The notes: generated by a model not told the origin, from the letters alone. 64,000 nt of DNA from Candidatus Bathyarchaeota archaeon (GCA_963833575.1 CAWHXY010000006.1:128001-192000); one strand, 5' to 3'. Positions 7,911-18,473 are shown, counted from the stretch's first letter. Numbers and translations: made by a program.

Positions 7911-8885
7911 TTAATGAAGTTCTATGATTCCGGCAACTCGGAGCTTTGCACCCTCAAGATACATGAGCACTGCTGTATCATTTGGACGGTAAACTAGTGG
8001 CTTTTCAAAACTTAAAGTTAAAGCTGGCTTTTTCGGATCGCCACCTTCAACAATGGCTTCGATTTTAACAGTTATGAATTGCGTCCAATGGCCAACATGC
8101 ATGACCATACCCGGTTTTATCGGCATCTGCCAATACTTAACTATAGAAGCATGCGTTTCCATTTTGGAAGCAGTCTTGATTGAAGAATCGTTTGTTAAAA
8201 CGGTGCCGCGGTCCAAATCTTCTACATCAACGTTTTTAAGCGCAAGTCCAACTCGATCACCTTCACCTGCAACGTCAAATTCGTCGTCATGCTTTTGGAT
8301 AGACCGAACTTGAGCCGCTTTTCCTCCTGGAAAAACATTCAGTGAAGCATGTTTCTGGATTAACCCATTTGTAACTACGCCCAAGACAACTACCCCAACA
8401 CCTTTAACATTGAAGGCGTGGTCGACTGGAACCGTTCCAAACGCTGCGACCGCTCCCACAGGTATTTCGGCTGGTTTCTGATTTGCGGCTTCTGTCAACA
8501 GTCTTTCTCTCAAAACCGTTGGGTCATCTGACAGGAATTCGTATTTTTCTAGGTTTGTTCCTTTTATGAGAGGTCCAATTTTTTCTTTGGGAATATAATT
8601 TCGCAAAATAAAGTAGCCTTTCTGAATGTTTGCGGATTGAAGCATTACTAAGCATTCACCAAAAGTGGCATCGATTTGGTCCACGACAACCACGGCTTCT
8701 TTCGATAGGGAGACTGTGTAAAAGAGAGGAGCTAACCTTTCAGGGTAGCGTTCGGGTTCAATCAAAGTGACTGTGTCTTCGCCTTTCTTGATATTGTAAA
8801 ATGTGATGTCGGTGGATGTACCTTTCTTGCCAAGACCTGCGCTATACCCTAATACGCCGATTACGGCGACTGTAATATTCCCCAT
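7911..8885 (-). CDS. Archaeal SelB-like / EF-Tu domain II protein
   Basis: LGKKGTSTDIT, VDHAFNVKGVGVVVLG, VRSIQKHD, GDRVGLALK, DLDRG. Confidence 0.8.
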   Translation of the reverse strand: MGNITVAVIGVLGYSAGLGKKGTSTDITFYNIKKGEDTVTLIEPERYPERLAPLFYTVSLSKEAVVVVDQIDATFGECLVMLQSANIQKGYFILRNYIPKEKIGPLIKGTNLEKYEFLSDDPTVLRERLLTEAANQKPAEIPVGAVAAFGTVPVDHAFNVKGVGVVVLGVVTNGLIQKHASLNVFPGGKAAQVRSIQKHDDEFDVAGEGDRVGLALKNVDVEDLDRGTVLTNDSSIKTASKMETHASIVKYWQMPIKPGMVMHVGHWTQFITVKIEAIVEGGDPKKPALTLSFEKPLVYRPNDTAVLMYLEGAKLRVAGIIELH

Positions 8886-9134
8886 ATTATCAACCTGTGA
8901 ATTACCGCATTTTCTAATCTCGCCCTAAAGATAAGCATTATGAAAAAGTCAATCAGTTTCCTGATGCAAACATTGCTGTGCTCAATGGCATGTACGAAAG
9001 GTTCTTAAGGTATTGGGTATTTCTCCTAACGGAAATAGAGTTAAAATTTACAGCAAAACACAAACTTAACCTCAAAAGATGAGTTTGTGTGTAGCTGAAA
9101 AGGTTAAAATAGTCCGATGAAGAGGTGAAATGGT

Positions 9135-9458
9135 ATGGAAAATATTTACGCAGCGATGCTCCTTCACAAGGCAGGAAAAGAAATAAACGAAGAATCAGTA
9201 ACAAAAGTTCTCAGCGCAGCAGGACTCACAGTTGACCCAGTACAAGTAAAAGCACTTGTAGCATCACTCAGCGAAGTAAACATTGATGAAGCAATCAAAG
9301 CAGCACCAACAATGATGGCAGCAGCCCCAGTAGCAGCTCCAGCAGGCGGCGCAGCAGCACCAGCAGCAGCACCACCAGAAGACAAGAAGAAGAAAGCTGA
9401 AGAAGAAAAAGCCAAGGAAGAAGCAGCACTAGAAGGATTAGGCGCCCTATTCGGGTAA
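9135..9458 (+). CDS. rpl12: 50S ribosomal stalk protein P1/L12
   Basis: [17 protein letters not shown], Ala/Pro hinge, GLGALFG C-terminus. Confidence 0.96.
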   Translation: MENIYAAMLLHKAGKEINEESVTKVLSAAGLTVDPVQVKALVASLSEVNIDEAIKAAPTMMAAAPVAAPAGGAAAPAAAPPEDKKKKAEEEKAKEEAALEGLGALFG

Positions 9459-9836
9459 ATCAGCCTCAACTTTTATTTTTATACCATTTTTCCAACAATA
9501 TTTTATTTAGCATTTAATATTATTTGCTCTTGTTATGTTTTTTTGGTCTAATGCCTTGAATAACAACCAGTAATACAGAATTAAGGGACAAATGTTATGA
9601 AATTCTTGTTGATTTCATTTTTTTGAACATGTACTACGGTAAAATCTTATGGGCAGGCATTGCTTGTATGCCAGTATGAAAAAAATCTGGCAGTGAGTCT
9701 ATTTTGTTTTGGTTATCGATTTCTACTTTCATATATCCCTCCAATGTCTCCGCCGTACGTTTCTTCGTTTTCTTTTTAAGTAGATTAGCCATTTTGTAGA
9801 TTTAGTAAACGGGGAATCATGAAAGGAAGGTAACAC

Positions 9837-10403
9837 ATGAAGCAGGCTAAACTGTTTGGGTTAGAAGATGAACCTAAAGTTTCGATTTCGCTTGAATACA
9901 AAAAGGCAGAAGCAATCGCCAAGCAAGTGGAGGCATTAATTAAGCCCTTATGTGACAATGTTAAAATTGTAGGAAGCATCAGACGAAGAAAGCCAGAAGT
10001 TGGCGACTGTGACTTTGTTGTAATAGCGACAGATACTAATTGGGCTAAAATTATTCAAACTCTAAAAAAATCAAAAGTAATTTGTTCGGGACCAAGCCTG
10101 ATAAAACTTAACTATCCAGCTGAAGACTGTCTTTTTCAAGTTGATTTTTACCGGGCAACAACGCAAACTTTTGGCATACAAGAGCTAATACGCACTGGAT
10201 CAGCTGACCATAACATGTGGCTTGCAGGCTACGCCATATCAAAAGGATATAGACTAAAATATAGTTCTGGATTAATCAAAGACAACATGGTAATGGCCGG
10301 AGAAACTGAGGAAAGCGTTTTTTCAGCCCTAAATTTACCCTGCCCTTCACCATCAATGCGAGAAGTGCTAGATCAAAAACCTATTTGGTTAACAAATCAC
10401 TAA
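9837..10403 (+). CDS. Minimal PolX-family (DNA polymerase beta-like) nucleotidyltransferase
   Basis: GSIRRRKPEVGDCDFVV, QVDFY, RTGSADHN, ETEESVFSAL. Palm and thumb only. Confidence 0.8.
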   Translation: MKQAKLFGLEDEPKVSISLEYKKAEAIAKQVEALIKPLCDNVKIVGSIRRRKPEVGDCDFVVIATDTNWAKIIQTLKKSKVICSGPSLIKLNYPAEDCLFQVDFYRATTQTFGIQELIRTGSADHNMWLAGYAISKGYRLKYSSGLIKDNMVMAGETEESVFSALNLPCPSPSMREVLDQKPIWLTNH

Positions 10404-10674
10404 TAATAATACTTACGCCTTTAATGGAAGGTTGCTTTAGAACCTTACGATTGATGCTCGTCTTTCAAAACATTATCTATCATCAAAGTTGCGCGATAAA
10501 TGATTTTTGTCCTGCAGCTAAGACAAAATCTCCAGGAAAATAGGCAAGCATACATCCTATATTTAGAAGTTAGATGAAAAAGGTCTAAAACGAAATTGGG
10601 CAAATTCCTCAGTCGTTTTCTTTTAGAAAGGCTTAAACAGAGCCTTTTTAAACTAGTAAATTCAGAGAATAGAT

Positions 10675-10863
10675 ATGCCAACTATAAAAAACGCTAAGGC
10701 GAAAGCAGAAGAAGATGCTAAAAAGGCTGTTGCAGATGTCAAGAAAGCTGGCGGAAAGGCAGTTGAGGAAACCAAAAAAGCTGCCGGAGTAGCCGAGAAA
10801 GCTGGTAAAAAAGTAGCCAAAGAAACCAAGAAAGCAGCCAAAAAAGTCAAGGAAAAAATGTAA
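10675..10863 (+). CDS. Small Lys/Ala-rich repetitive protein
   Basis: Repeated KKA(A/G) and ETKKAA units, followed by a T-rich terminator-like tract. Confidence 0.6.
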   Translation: MPTIKNAKAKAEEDAKKAVADVKKAGGKAVEETKKAAGVAEKAGKKVAKETKKAAKKVKEKM

Positions 10864-10975
10864 GAAAGCAAATTATTTTTAACATCCTTTTTTCCTTTTT
10901 TTCATAGAAAATTGCTAATAGACGAGTTAATTTTAACGAAAAGCATGATCTTAGCGCTTTAGAAGAAATGAAAAT

Positions 10976-12142
10976 TTATTTTAGTAAATCCTTATTTGGA
11001 ACTACTTCGTTAGCCGGCTGTTTATTAACAGCTGGCAGAATTGCCTTTTTTCGTCTTGCTGACAATAACTGCCAAGCGACGATAGGTGCCCAACCGCTGA
11101 TAATCATAACAGTTCCAGGGAAGCCGCCGATGTTTCGTCCCAATATTGGTTGAAGTCCATTTATGATGTCTCCAAGGAATGCTTCCCAAATGCCAAAAGC
11201 TACTGCAATTGCTACGGCAGCAATCAAAGCGGTTCTTTTGCCAAACTTATTGTATGTTTGAACAGCTAGAACTCCTGCAAAGAAGAAGTCGCCTAACCCT
11301 AGGCCTCTTGCTAAAATACCGCCTGTCGACGAGTAGACAAAGGGGATGTTTGGCAAGTAGACCAGCACTGGAAGCCCGAGGTTCGTAAATGAATGCGCAG
11401 CAGTAAGCATTACTGGTGTTCCTATAACTAAAATGATGTCCATGGTAGTTAGCAGAACTGCGAAGAGCCCCACTGTTTTCCAGCTGAATAGTGAGCTTAG
11501 GTAAAGGATTATCAAGATTGCGAATGTTAATCCGAAAACATCCATAAGATATGGAGACCAAACTGCGGCAGTACCCGAATTGTAAATTACGTTAAAGAAG
11601 ACAAATAAGAGAACAAATATTGCAGGAGGTTGTGCTGCCACATACCAACGCTGCTTAATCGATGGTTTGTATTGTTCGTAAACTGCAACGCTGAAACAAA
11701 AGATGGCGAAAGCGACAAATGCTATAACCCGATATATAGTATAGATATCTCGAAACGGTGTTAGGGCAAGAACAATTGCCACTACTATACCGGCTGTTCC
11801 GAAACCTACTGAGAGCATTTGTGCCCTAATTCTTGTTAGATTGGAAAATACGAACGAAATAGTGAAGAGCAGCATAGTGTATGATGACAAGAAGAACACT
11901 AGAAGAATATCTTCAAAGATAGCCCCAGGATTAAGCACAGCGGCATAAGCTAAAGCCGAAACTATAATCGCCATGAAAACAACAAGAAGAATTATGTCTT
12001 TTGTTTTGAACTCTTTTTGTTCAACTGTGCTCATAAGTTTGCCTTGAACGCGTTTGTTTAGAAACATGGCAACGGTAACTACAAGCAGCAAGGCGATTGG
12101 CATAGCCACGTCAAGTGAGGGCATAGAGAGCAAAGTAATCAA
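10976..12142 (-). CDS. Presenilin/signal-peptide-peptidase-like GxGD intramembrane aspartyl protease
   Basis: Polytopic membrane protein with TMDII, GLGLGDFF and FPGT (PAL-like) motifs. Confidence 0.75.
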   Translation of the reverse strand: MITLLSMPSLDVAMPIALLLVVTVAMFLNKRVQGKLMSTVEQKEFKTKDIILLVVFMAIIVSALAYAAVLNPGAIFEDILLVFFLSSYTMLLFTISFVFSNLTRIRAQMLSVGFGTAGIVVAIVLALTPFRDIYTIYRVIAFVAFAIFCFSVAVYEQYKPSIKQRWYVAAQPPAIFVLLFVFFNVIYNSGTAAVWSPYLMDVFGLTFAILIILYLSSLFSWKTVGLFAVLLTTMDIILVIGTPVMLTAAHSFTNLGLPVLVYLPNIPFVYSSTGGILARGLGLGDFFFAGVLAVQTYNKFGKRTALIAAVAIAVAFGIWEAFLGDIINGLQPILGRNIGGFPGTVMIISGWAPIVAWQLLSARRKKAILPAVNKQPANEVVPNKDLLK

Positions 12143-12261
12143 AGTTGCATTTATTTGTTTAGATAAAAAAACAAAAAAGCCCTAATGCTTCAAACAACAA
12201 TAACATATTGAGTGTACCTTATGCAAAGAAATAAAAAGTCGTTAATAATTGATCTTGGAAA

Positions 12262-12996
12262 TTAGAATATGGTTTCTGTCATTATCCTCTTTAGTATTGT
12301 GGCACCGTCTTTCATTTTGAGTTTTTTTTCACCGAGTCTCTCTCTATACTGGATCGGCACCTCAACTGTTTTGAAGCCTTTCTTTTGTATCAAGCTGTTT
12401 AGTTCCACTTCGATGTCGAAGCCTTCAGACTTTATTGTATAGTTCCTGAGAATTTCTGCTCGGATAACTCTCAAACCTGTAAGAGGGTCAACTAGTGTTA
12501 TCCCGTTAAGAACATTATGGGCAAAAGCTAGAACTTTGTTTCCCAAGTAGAAACGGCTACGCAATGCTTTGTTGTCTAGCTGATCGTTGAATCGGTTTCC
12601 ACAAACCATTCCTACGTCTGGATTCTGATCAAGAATTTTTATCATTTCGGGCACATGTCGAGCTGGATAAGTGAAGTCCGCATCGGTGATTACAACATAG
12701 TCAATATCGCTGTCTGTTAGATTTAGCCCCTTCGCAATAGCATCCCCTTTGCCTACACCATCTTGAAAAGTAATATCCACTCCATAATTCTTTGCTACTT
12801 CCACAGTTCTATCGCTGCTGTGACCGTCTACAACCAGAATATGAGGCGAATCAAGATTATCCTTAAGCTCCTCTAATGTAAGTCCAATGCCTTGCTCCTC
12901 GTTTAAAGCTGCGACAATCACTTGAGTAGAACAAGCGCGGGCAAGAGGTGTTTCATAAATATTTTTCATAATCTGCAAAGTGTAAGTCCCTTTCAT
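12262..12996 (-). CDS. GT2 glycosyltransferase (DPM-synthase-like)
   Basis: VVDGHSSDRT, GKGDA, DADFTYP, FDIEVE, RLGEKKL. Confidence 0.9.
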   Translation of the reverse strand: MKGTYTLQIMKNIYETPLARACSTQVIVAALNEEQGIGLTLEELKDNLDSPHILVVDGHSSDRTVEVAKNYGVDITFQDGVGKGDAIAKGLNLTDSDIDYVVITDADFTYPARHVPEMIKILDQNPDVGMVCGNRFNDQLDNKALRSRFYLGNKVLAFAHNVLNGITLVDPLTGLRVIRAEILRNYTIKSEGFDIEVELNSLIQKKGFKTVEVPIQYRERLGEKKLKMKDGATILKRIMTETIF

Positions 12997-13505
12997 CCAT
13001 TATTTCCTTTCATCCGTAATTTAGCGTTCTCTCTCTTTGAGTTCAAGTTAAAACAAAGTTCTCGTGGTTATTTAATATGTTTATGTGATTGTATGTTATC
13101 AGTAACAAGAAAATGATGGCTTTAGGAGTTATAATCGAATATTGTGTGTTTTTCTGTGTCTATCTGGCAGACTAATGCAAGATACAAACCATCCAAAAAA
13201 CCAAGCGACAACGACAAAAGGCAAGAGTAGTAGTTTGAATATTTTATTTTGTCTATACATAATGTCCTCTCTCTGGTATCATGCTATTGCAAGGTTTTAC
13301 AAAATAAGATTTTTTGAGAACTACACTTAACTACTTTGTTAATTTCTCTTCGCAATGTTCGAATCTGCTGAATTATTTTCAAATTAGTCAAAACAGTTAG
13401 CTGAAAAGACAAGTTTATTGCTGATTAAACTTTTTGAGGGCTTCCTATTATTATTCAATAGGATTTATTTTGCTCATGTTTCTAATATAGGTCGAGGATA
13501 AAGAA

Positions 13506-13757
13506 GTGAGCGAAGCGATTGACAGAAAAGGGTGGCGTGAGAGCGCTAAATCTTGGATATTACGTTTCATAAAATTCAACGTAATTGGCACCGTTGTTTT
13601 CTTGGTGGCAACAGTAATTTACATGGCTGCTTTTCCAGCAATTGGTGCCTGGACATGGCTGTTAGCTAATGCTGCTGGGGGCTTACTGCAGTTTACGTTG
13701 ATTACTTATTTCAACAAGAAGAAAAAAGGCGTGATTTTCCAGCAATGCAAGCAATAG
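13506..13757 (+). CDS. GtrA-like small membrane protein
   Basis: RFIKFNVIG motif and two TM helices. Confidence 0.6.
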   Translation: MSEAIDRKGWRESAKSWILRFIKFNVIGTVVFLVATVIYMAAFPAIGAWTWLLANAAGGLLQFTLITYFNKKKKGVIFQQCKQ

Positions 13758-13783
13758 ATGTTAATGATAATAGACTTTGATAA

Positions 13784-14653
13784 TTAAAAGATATCACTTC
13801 TTTCCCCAAACTGCATGTTCAAAATTGCTAACGTCGCTAGGATCGCTTCTTCAGTTCGAACCGTCGCCGTTCCCTGCTCAGGAATCATATTCACCACAAA
13901 ATCAACAATGGCTTCAAGCTTTGAGCCTTCCTCTTCAGCAATTTCATGCAATCCACGCGACGGAGCACCAAACGCTACCAAAACCCGCCTGCTACCCCGC
14001 CATTTTTCATTTATCTTGCCAGCGACACCCATAAAGTTATCGCCTATCCGTGCAGTAGCAATACGCAAATCAAAATGCCCATCTGCAATCATTTTTGCAA
14101 ATGAACGTTTTTCCACGCGAACCCTATACCCCCAGTAAACTGGAATATCTTCTCGGTTTGCGGTTTGAACCTCAATTTGCTTGCCAATGTTAACTATTTG
14201 CAGAGTTAATCGGTCTCCCACTGCAAACAGTTTTTGCCTCAAAAGTGCAGGTTGCTGAACTCCAATGTCAAGAACTAAACCCTCTTTGTTCTCAGACAAA
14301 ACCACGCCCTCACGGTAATCGCCCACTTGCAGATGCTTAGTTTTTCCACTCAAAGGATGATGCGGTGTACGCAACGGAGGCAAAATTCCTGCAAACTCCA
14401 AATCTGGATCAAGCTTAAACAACCGTTTCCTCAGATACTGTGGAGTCTCCAAATAGCCAAGTAAAAGCGCAACAAAATCTATCTCCCTTTTCTGATCTGC
14501 TTTGCGGATGTCTGGGTAAACTATGATTTCGTCCACTCGGAAAATCGCTGCTGTACGCCCAATTAACCCAATTTTCGCTGTTTTCTCTCTCAAGTGGGGT
14601 GTATCGGATATTGTGGACGCGGGGATAGCGATTGAAATTTTGTTTTTATCCAT
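13784..14653 (-). CDS. SPOUT RNA methyltransferase (DUF171/MTH1-like)
   Basis: YLETPQYLRK, GILPPLRTPHH, YWGY, QGTATVRTEEA. Confidence 0.9.
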   Translation of the reverse strand: MDKNKISIAIPASTISDTPHLREKTAKIGLIGRTAAIFRVDEIIVYPDIRKADQKREIDFVALLLGYLETPQYLRKRLFKLDPDLEFAGILPPLRTPHHPLSGKTKHLQVGDYREGVVLSENKEGLVLDIGVQQPALLRQKLFAVGDRLTLQIVNIGKQIEVQTANREDIPVYWGYRVRVEKRSFAKMIADGHFDLRIATARIGDNFMGVAGKINEKWRGSRRVLVAFGAPSRGLHEIAEEEGSKLEAIVDFVVNMIPEQGTATVRTEEAILATLAILNMQFGERSDIF

Positions 14654-14728
14654 AGTACTTCTGCCTCTGTGCTTGGTTGTCTGCGGTGTGCTTAAAAGGC
14701 TGAGAGGAGATATAAAACTGCGTGTTAT

Positions 14729-15844
14729 TTGGAGGATCTAACTTTGCCAACAACGCTTTTAGATAACGTTGAAAAAATAAATGCGATTGATAAAAGTGGA
14801 ATGCTAAATTTTTGTATTAACGCACCCAAACATTACCGAAAAGCAGCCGCTATAGCCCAGAAAATCTCGGTGAACATCCCTAAACCAGACAACATCATCA
14901 TTTCCGGATTAGGCGGCTCAGCGATAGGCGGCGATTTGCTAAAAGATTGGGCGAGAGACAAATCGTCAGTACCCATTGAAGTAAACCGCGAATATCATCT
15001 ACCAGCATACGTTGGAAAGAAAACTCTTGTGATAGTATCTAGCTATTCAGGCGAAACAGAGGAAGCGCTTAGCGCATTTCTCGAGGCCCTCAAACGCAAA
15101 TGCATGATCTACTGCATCAGCAGCGGCGGCGCCCTCCTGAAGTATGCCATAAAACACAATGTGTCTTATCTGCAGGTCCCAGGAGGCATGCCTCCTCGTG
15201 CAGCGTTACCCTACATGTTCATTCCATTAGTTATTTTCATGCAAAAAACTGGTTTAGTAACTGGAGTTTCTGTTGAACTCGATGAAGCCCTAAAGCTTCT
15301 GGAAAAAATCTGTGCCGACAATTTGCCGCAGAAACCAACGGCCGATAACTTTGCTAAAACGTTGGCGTTGGACATCGGTGAAACGGTTCCTGTGATCTAC
15401 GGTTTTGGCTTCTACCGCGGTGTTGCTCAACGTTTTAAGCAGCAAATCAACGAAAATGCGAAGTACCCAGCGAAATGGGAGGTTTTCCCCGAGCTTAATC
15501 ATAACGAGATTGTCGGTTGGGTAAACAGCGGCGATTCCTGTAAGGGGTTTTCCGTCATTTTCCTTCGCGACATGGATGAGCCAGTGGAGATCAAGAGCAG
15601 AATCGAAACTACAAAACAAATCATGGGTAACTCTGGGTTAAAAATGGTTGACCTTCAATCGCAGGGCACTGGCGCATTGGCAAAGATGCTGTCAACTATA
15701 CTTGTGGGCGACTTCACAAGCAACTACTTAGCTGTGCTGCATGGAGTGGACCCAACGCCGGTAGAAATTATTACCCACCTAAAAGGCACGCTACAACAAA
15801 ATGGGTTTAAAGAGAAAATAATAAGAGAGCTAGAAAAAATCTAG
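14729..15844 (+). CDS. Bifunctional phosphoglucose/phosphomannose isomerase
   Basis: GLGGSAIGG, SYSGETEE, QINENAK, PELNHNEIVG, VDPTPV. Confidence 0.92.
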   Translation: MEDLTLPTTLLDNVEKINAIDKSGMLNFCINAPKHYRKAAAIAQKISVNIPKPDNIIISGLGGSAIGGDLLKDWARDKSSVPIEVNREYHLPAYVGKKTLVIVSSYSGETEEALSAFLEALKRKCMIYCISSGGALLKYAIKHNVSYLQVPGGMPPRAALPYMFIPLVIFMQKTGLVTGVSVELDEALKLLEKICADNLPQKPTADNFAKTLALDIGETVPVIYGFGFYRGVAQRFKQQINENAKYPAKWEVFPELNHNEIVGWVNSGDSCKGFSVIFLRDMDEPVEIKSRIETTKQIMGNSGLKMVDLQSQGTGALAKMLSTILVGDFTSNYLAVLHGVDPTPVEIITHLKGTLQQNGFKEKIIRELEKI

Positions 15845-15969
15845 CTAAGCTACCAATTTTGCCAAGACGTTAGCATTACTTTTTTCTCTTAATTGAGGAA
15901 AGTCCCAGTTCTCTTTATGCACGAGTTCCTCAACAGGCGTCTTTTGTCAATGTTAATTCAAGTTTTAAT

Positions 15970-16641
15970 CTAGCGCTTAATCCATTTCTTTTTCCAAGCC
16001 ACCATTGTAGAAACCAATACAACAACTGCCACAATAATGGCCACAGAAAGGGAGTAGAACAACGTTTGGTTCAACCCAAGAATTTGTGGGTTCCACATGT
16101 TTGTTGCAGTCGCTTTTGCATGGATCGTGTAATTCTCTAAGTAATCGTTACTTTGTGTGTAGACGCCTGTAGATTTATCCCATTCTTTGTTTCTCTCAGT
16201 TGTATTAGTGTATGTGATTACTCTGTCGGCGCCAGCCACTGTCTGGTGGAGTTGCCCCTGAATAGTTACATTGCTGCCTAACCCTGAGTCATAGAAGTAT
16301 TCGCCTGGGCTAAGGTTAGCAGGGATAATAATCCAAGCTTGGACTTGTCCAGCGCTGAAATTGAAGAGTCTAACACCGCTTGAAAATGTTCCGTTTACAT
16401 ACCTAACTGTGACATTTGCATGAAACGCAGTACCTTCAACGTCTAAAATCTCGATTCTAGCCCAGTTCAAATTTTGTTCTGGAAGCGGAGTGCCAGTTGC
16501 GCTGACACTATACTCAACCCAATTCCCCTTCTTGACTCCCACAGAGGTTGATTGACATTGAACTGCACTCAAAGTTATCAGGAAAGAGAAAACTATTATT
16601 GCCGCAACCATTATGCGCGTAAATTGACGCATGAAAAGCAC
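15970..16641 (-). CDS. Secreted protein with C-terminal membrane anchor
   Basis: Signal peptide, 'VGVKKGNWVEY' motif, C-terminal TM segment and basic tail. Confidence 0.7.
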   Translation of the reverse strand: MLFMRQFTRIMVAAIIVFSFLITLSAVQCQSTSVGVKKGNWVEYSVSATGTPLPEQNLNWARIEILDVEGTAFHANVTVRYVNGTFSSGVRLFNFSAGQVQAWIIIPANLSPGEYFYDSGLGSNVTIQGQLHQTVAGADRVITYTNTTERNKEWDKSTGVYTQSNDYLENYTIHAKATATNMWNPQILGLNQTLFYSLSVAIIVAVVVLVSTMVAWKKKWIKR

Positions 16642-16714
16642 TCAAGGAAAGGTCAGTTTTTCTATCTAAAAAGCTTTTGCGAAAAGGCAAATTAAAAAAG
16701 AAAAAATCAAAAAG

Positions 16715-17776
16715 TTAGGCAATGAATTTTGCGAAGTCTTTTTCTGCAACCTCAATCGAAACCATTTGCGGTGGACGTTTAAACGCGTATGCACAAATTG
16801 GGTCAATTGCACCTTCAAGTTTCTTGTTTAATGCCAATTTCATTGCACGGACTACATCAAAGAGCACACTACCAGCGTTTGGCGCATCAACAGTTTGGAA
16901 TTTGAGATCAATCTTCATGGGTGCATTACAGAAGTAGACGCCGCTTATCCAGAAGTAACTGTCACGCTTGTTTTGCAGAAAATCAACATAATCCGTGGAT
17001 CCAGCTACAATTTCAGCTTTATAGGGTATTGAAGCAGCTACTGACTCAGTTTTTATTGTCCGTTTTGCATCACGACTGCGTTCCTGCGTATCAACGGATT
17101 CTGTTCCTCCACCAACATCAAGTTGGTAAGTCTCAACTATCTTCACCCCACTGTCTGAAAGCAGTTTAAGCAGTGTTTTATGCAATGAAGTTGAGCCCAC
17201 TTGATCTATTAGGTCGTCGCCAACAAGTGGGAGTTTTGCGTCAGCAAATCGTTTTGCCCATGAAACATCACTGGCTATGAATGTTGGTGTAGCATTTACG
17301 AAACCGCATCCTGCAGCCAAGGCTTGTTCTGCGTACCACTGCGAGGTTTGCGTAGCTCCACTTGGCAACAGGTTAACCATGATTTCAGCGCCCGAATCCT
17401 TGAGAACCTTGACAACGTACACATCAGTCACATTGCTAACTTTTACGATAGCTTTACTCGAATTTCCCAACCCATCCAGCAGCGGTCCCTTGTTAACCTT
17501 GACGCCTGTTAAAGGCACATCAGCTACTTTAGGAGCATTATTAGGCAAAGCAAAAATGGCTTCCGAAAGATCTTTTCCAACTTTGCGTTCATCCACATCA
17601 AAAGCCGCAACTACCTCAATGTCTTTAGGGCTTAAACCAGCCAAAACGGGGTTGCGAAGCCCAACAAAATCTTCAGATTTCTGGAATTTTGAGTAGTATT
17701 GAATGCCTTGAATAAAGGCTGAAGCGCAGTTTCCAACGCCGATTAATGCAACTTTAACTTTGGGCACATGTAGCAC
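16715..17776 (-). CDS. ino1: myo-inositol-1-phosphate synthase
   Basis: IGVGNCASAFIQG, VAAFDVDERKVGKDLSEAI, GDD, YQLDVGG, DAPNAG. Confidence 0.9.
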   Translation of the reverse strand: MLHVPKVKVALIGVGNCASAFIQGIQYYSKFQKSEDFVGLRNPVLAGLSPKDIEVVAAFDVDERKVGKDLSEAIFALPNNAPKVADVPLTGVKVNKGPLLDGLGNSSKAIVKVSNVTDVYVVKVLKDSGAEIMVNLLPSGATQTSQWYAEQALAAGCGFVNATPTFIASDVSWAKRFADAKLPLVGDDLIDQVGSTSLHKTLLKLLSDSGVKIVETYQLDVGGGTESVDTQERSRDAKRTIKTESVAASIPYKAEIVAGSTDYVDFLQNKRDSYFWISGVYFCNAPMKIDLKFQTVDAPNAGSVLFDVVRAMKLALNKKLEGAIDPICAYAFKRPPQMVSIEVAEKDFAKFIA

Positions 17777-17891
17777 CTTGCTTGGCTTCTCTATTTGCGA
17801 ATCCCCTTTAAAAAGCTACGGTGTTCACACTCTTGAATAAAACACTCAGCGAAACCCTTTCTGATTTTCAACACTTCTTTTTGCAACTTCA

Positions 17892-17907
17892 TAAGAAACG
17901 CTTATTA
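17892..17907 (+). repeat. E2 attL (TAAGAAACGCTTATTA)
   Basis: Identical to 22466-22481, with an internal dyad TAAG-aaacg-CTTA. Confidence 0.9.
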
Positions 17908-18003
17908 TCCAAATTTGGGTGACATCTCCCGCGCCAAACCCTCCCTTTCTTTTTCATTAATGTTCTGCTGTAGTCTTTTTGCTTACCTAAATTTTTCGGA
18001 GGT

Positions 18004-18282
18004 TTGTCCTTGAGCGGTAGCTGTGAACCTCTTTTTTCTGATTTTTACAACAAGGATTGGGCCAATCGAAAACTCCGTTTTGCGATCGCAACTCTTCAGG
18101 GAAAAATTGAGATCTCTATCTGGAAAAGACGCCTTCAAACGGCTCTAATTGCCAAGGATGAGCTCCTGGATCATGGTTACAAGTGGCAAGCCCAGAGGAT
18201 CGATAACTGGATCCATAGGCTCCAGGGCCAGGAAATTGCTAAGGATGAGGCCAGGATTCAGGGCCAGGAGGCCAGGAAATAA
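18004..18282 (+). CDS. E2 ORF1, hypothetical
   Basis: Homologous to the E1 frame at 1640-1882 (ANRKLRFAIA.LQGK...WIHRLQ). Confidence 0.75.
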   Translation: MSLSGSCEPLFSDFYNKDWANRKLRFAIATLQGKIEISIWKRRLQTALIAKDELLDHGYKWQAQRIDNWIHRLQGQEIAKDEARIQGQEARK

Positions 18283-18473
18283 TGAAGGATCCAATCTTTG
18301 GATCTGGCCAGTTAGATATCTGGCCCTGCAGGAGAGGATCTTGGCACCAGGAAAACAATTATTGGTTGATTGAGGCCTGGCCAGCAGCTGCTCAGGATCC
18401 AATAGTTTCCAGGCCCGGGAATTTACAGGCCGAAGGCCTGACCTCTGAGAGAAGAGAGGAGGGCTCTTTCTAA
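18282..18473 (+). CDS. E2 ORF2, hypothetical
   Basis: TAATG coupling to ORF1. Ends in the same LQAEGLTSERREEGSF as E1 ORF2. Confidence 0.55.
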   Translation: MKDPIFGSGQLDIWPCRRGSWHQENNYWLIEAWPAAAQDPIVSRPGNLQAEGLTSERREEGSF

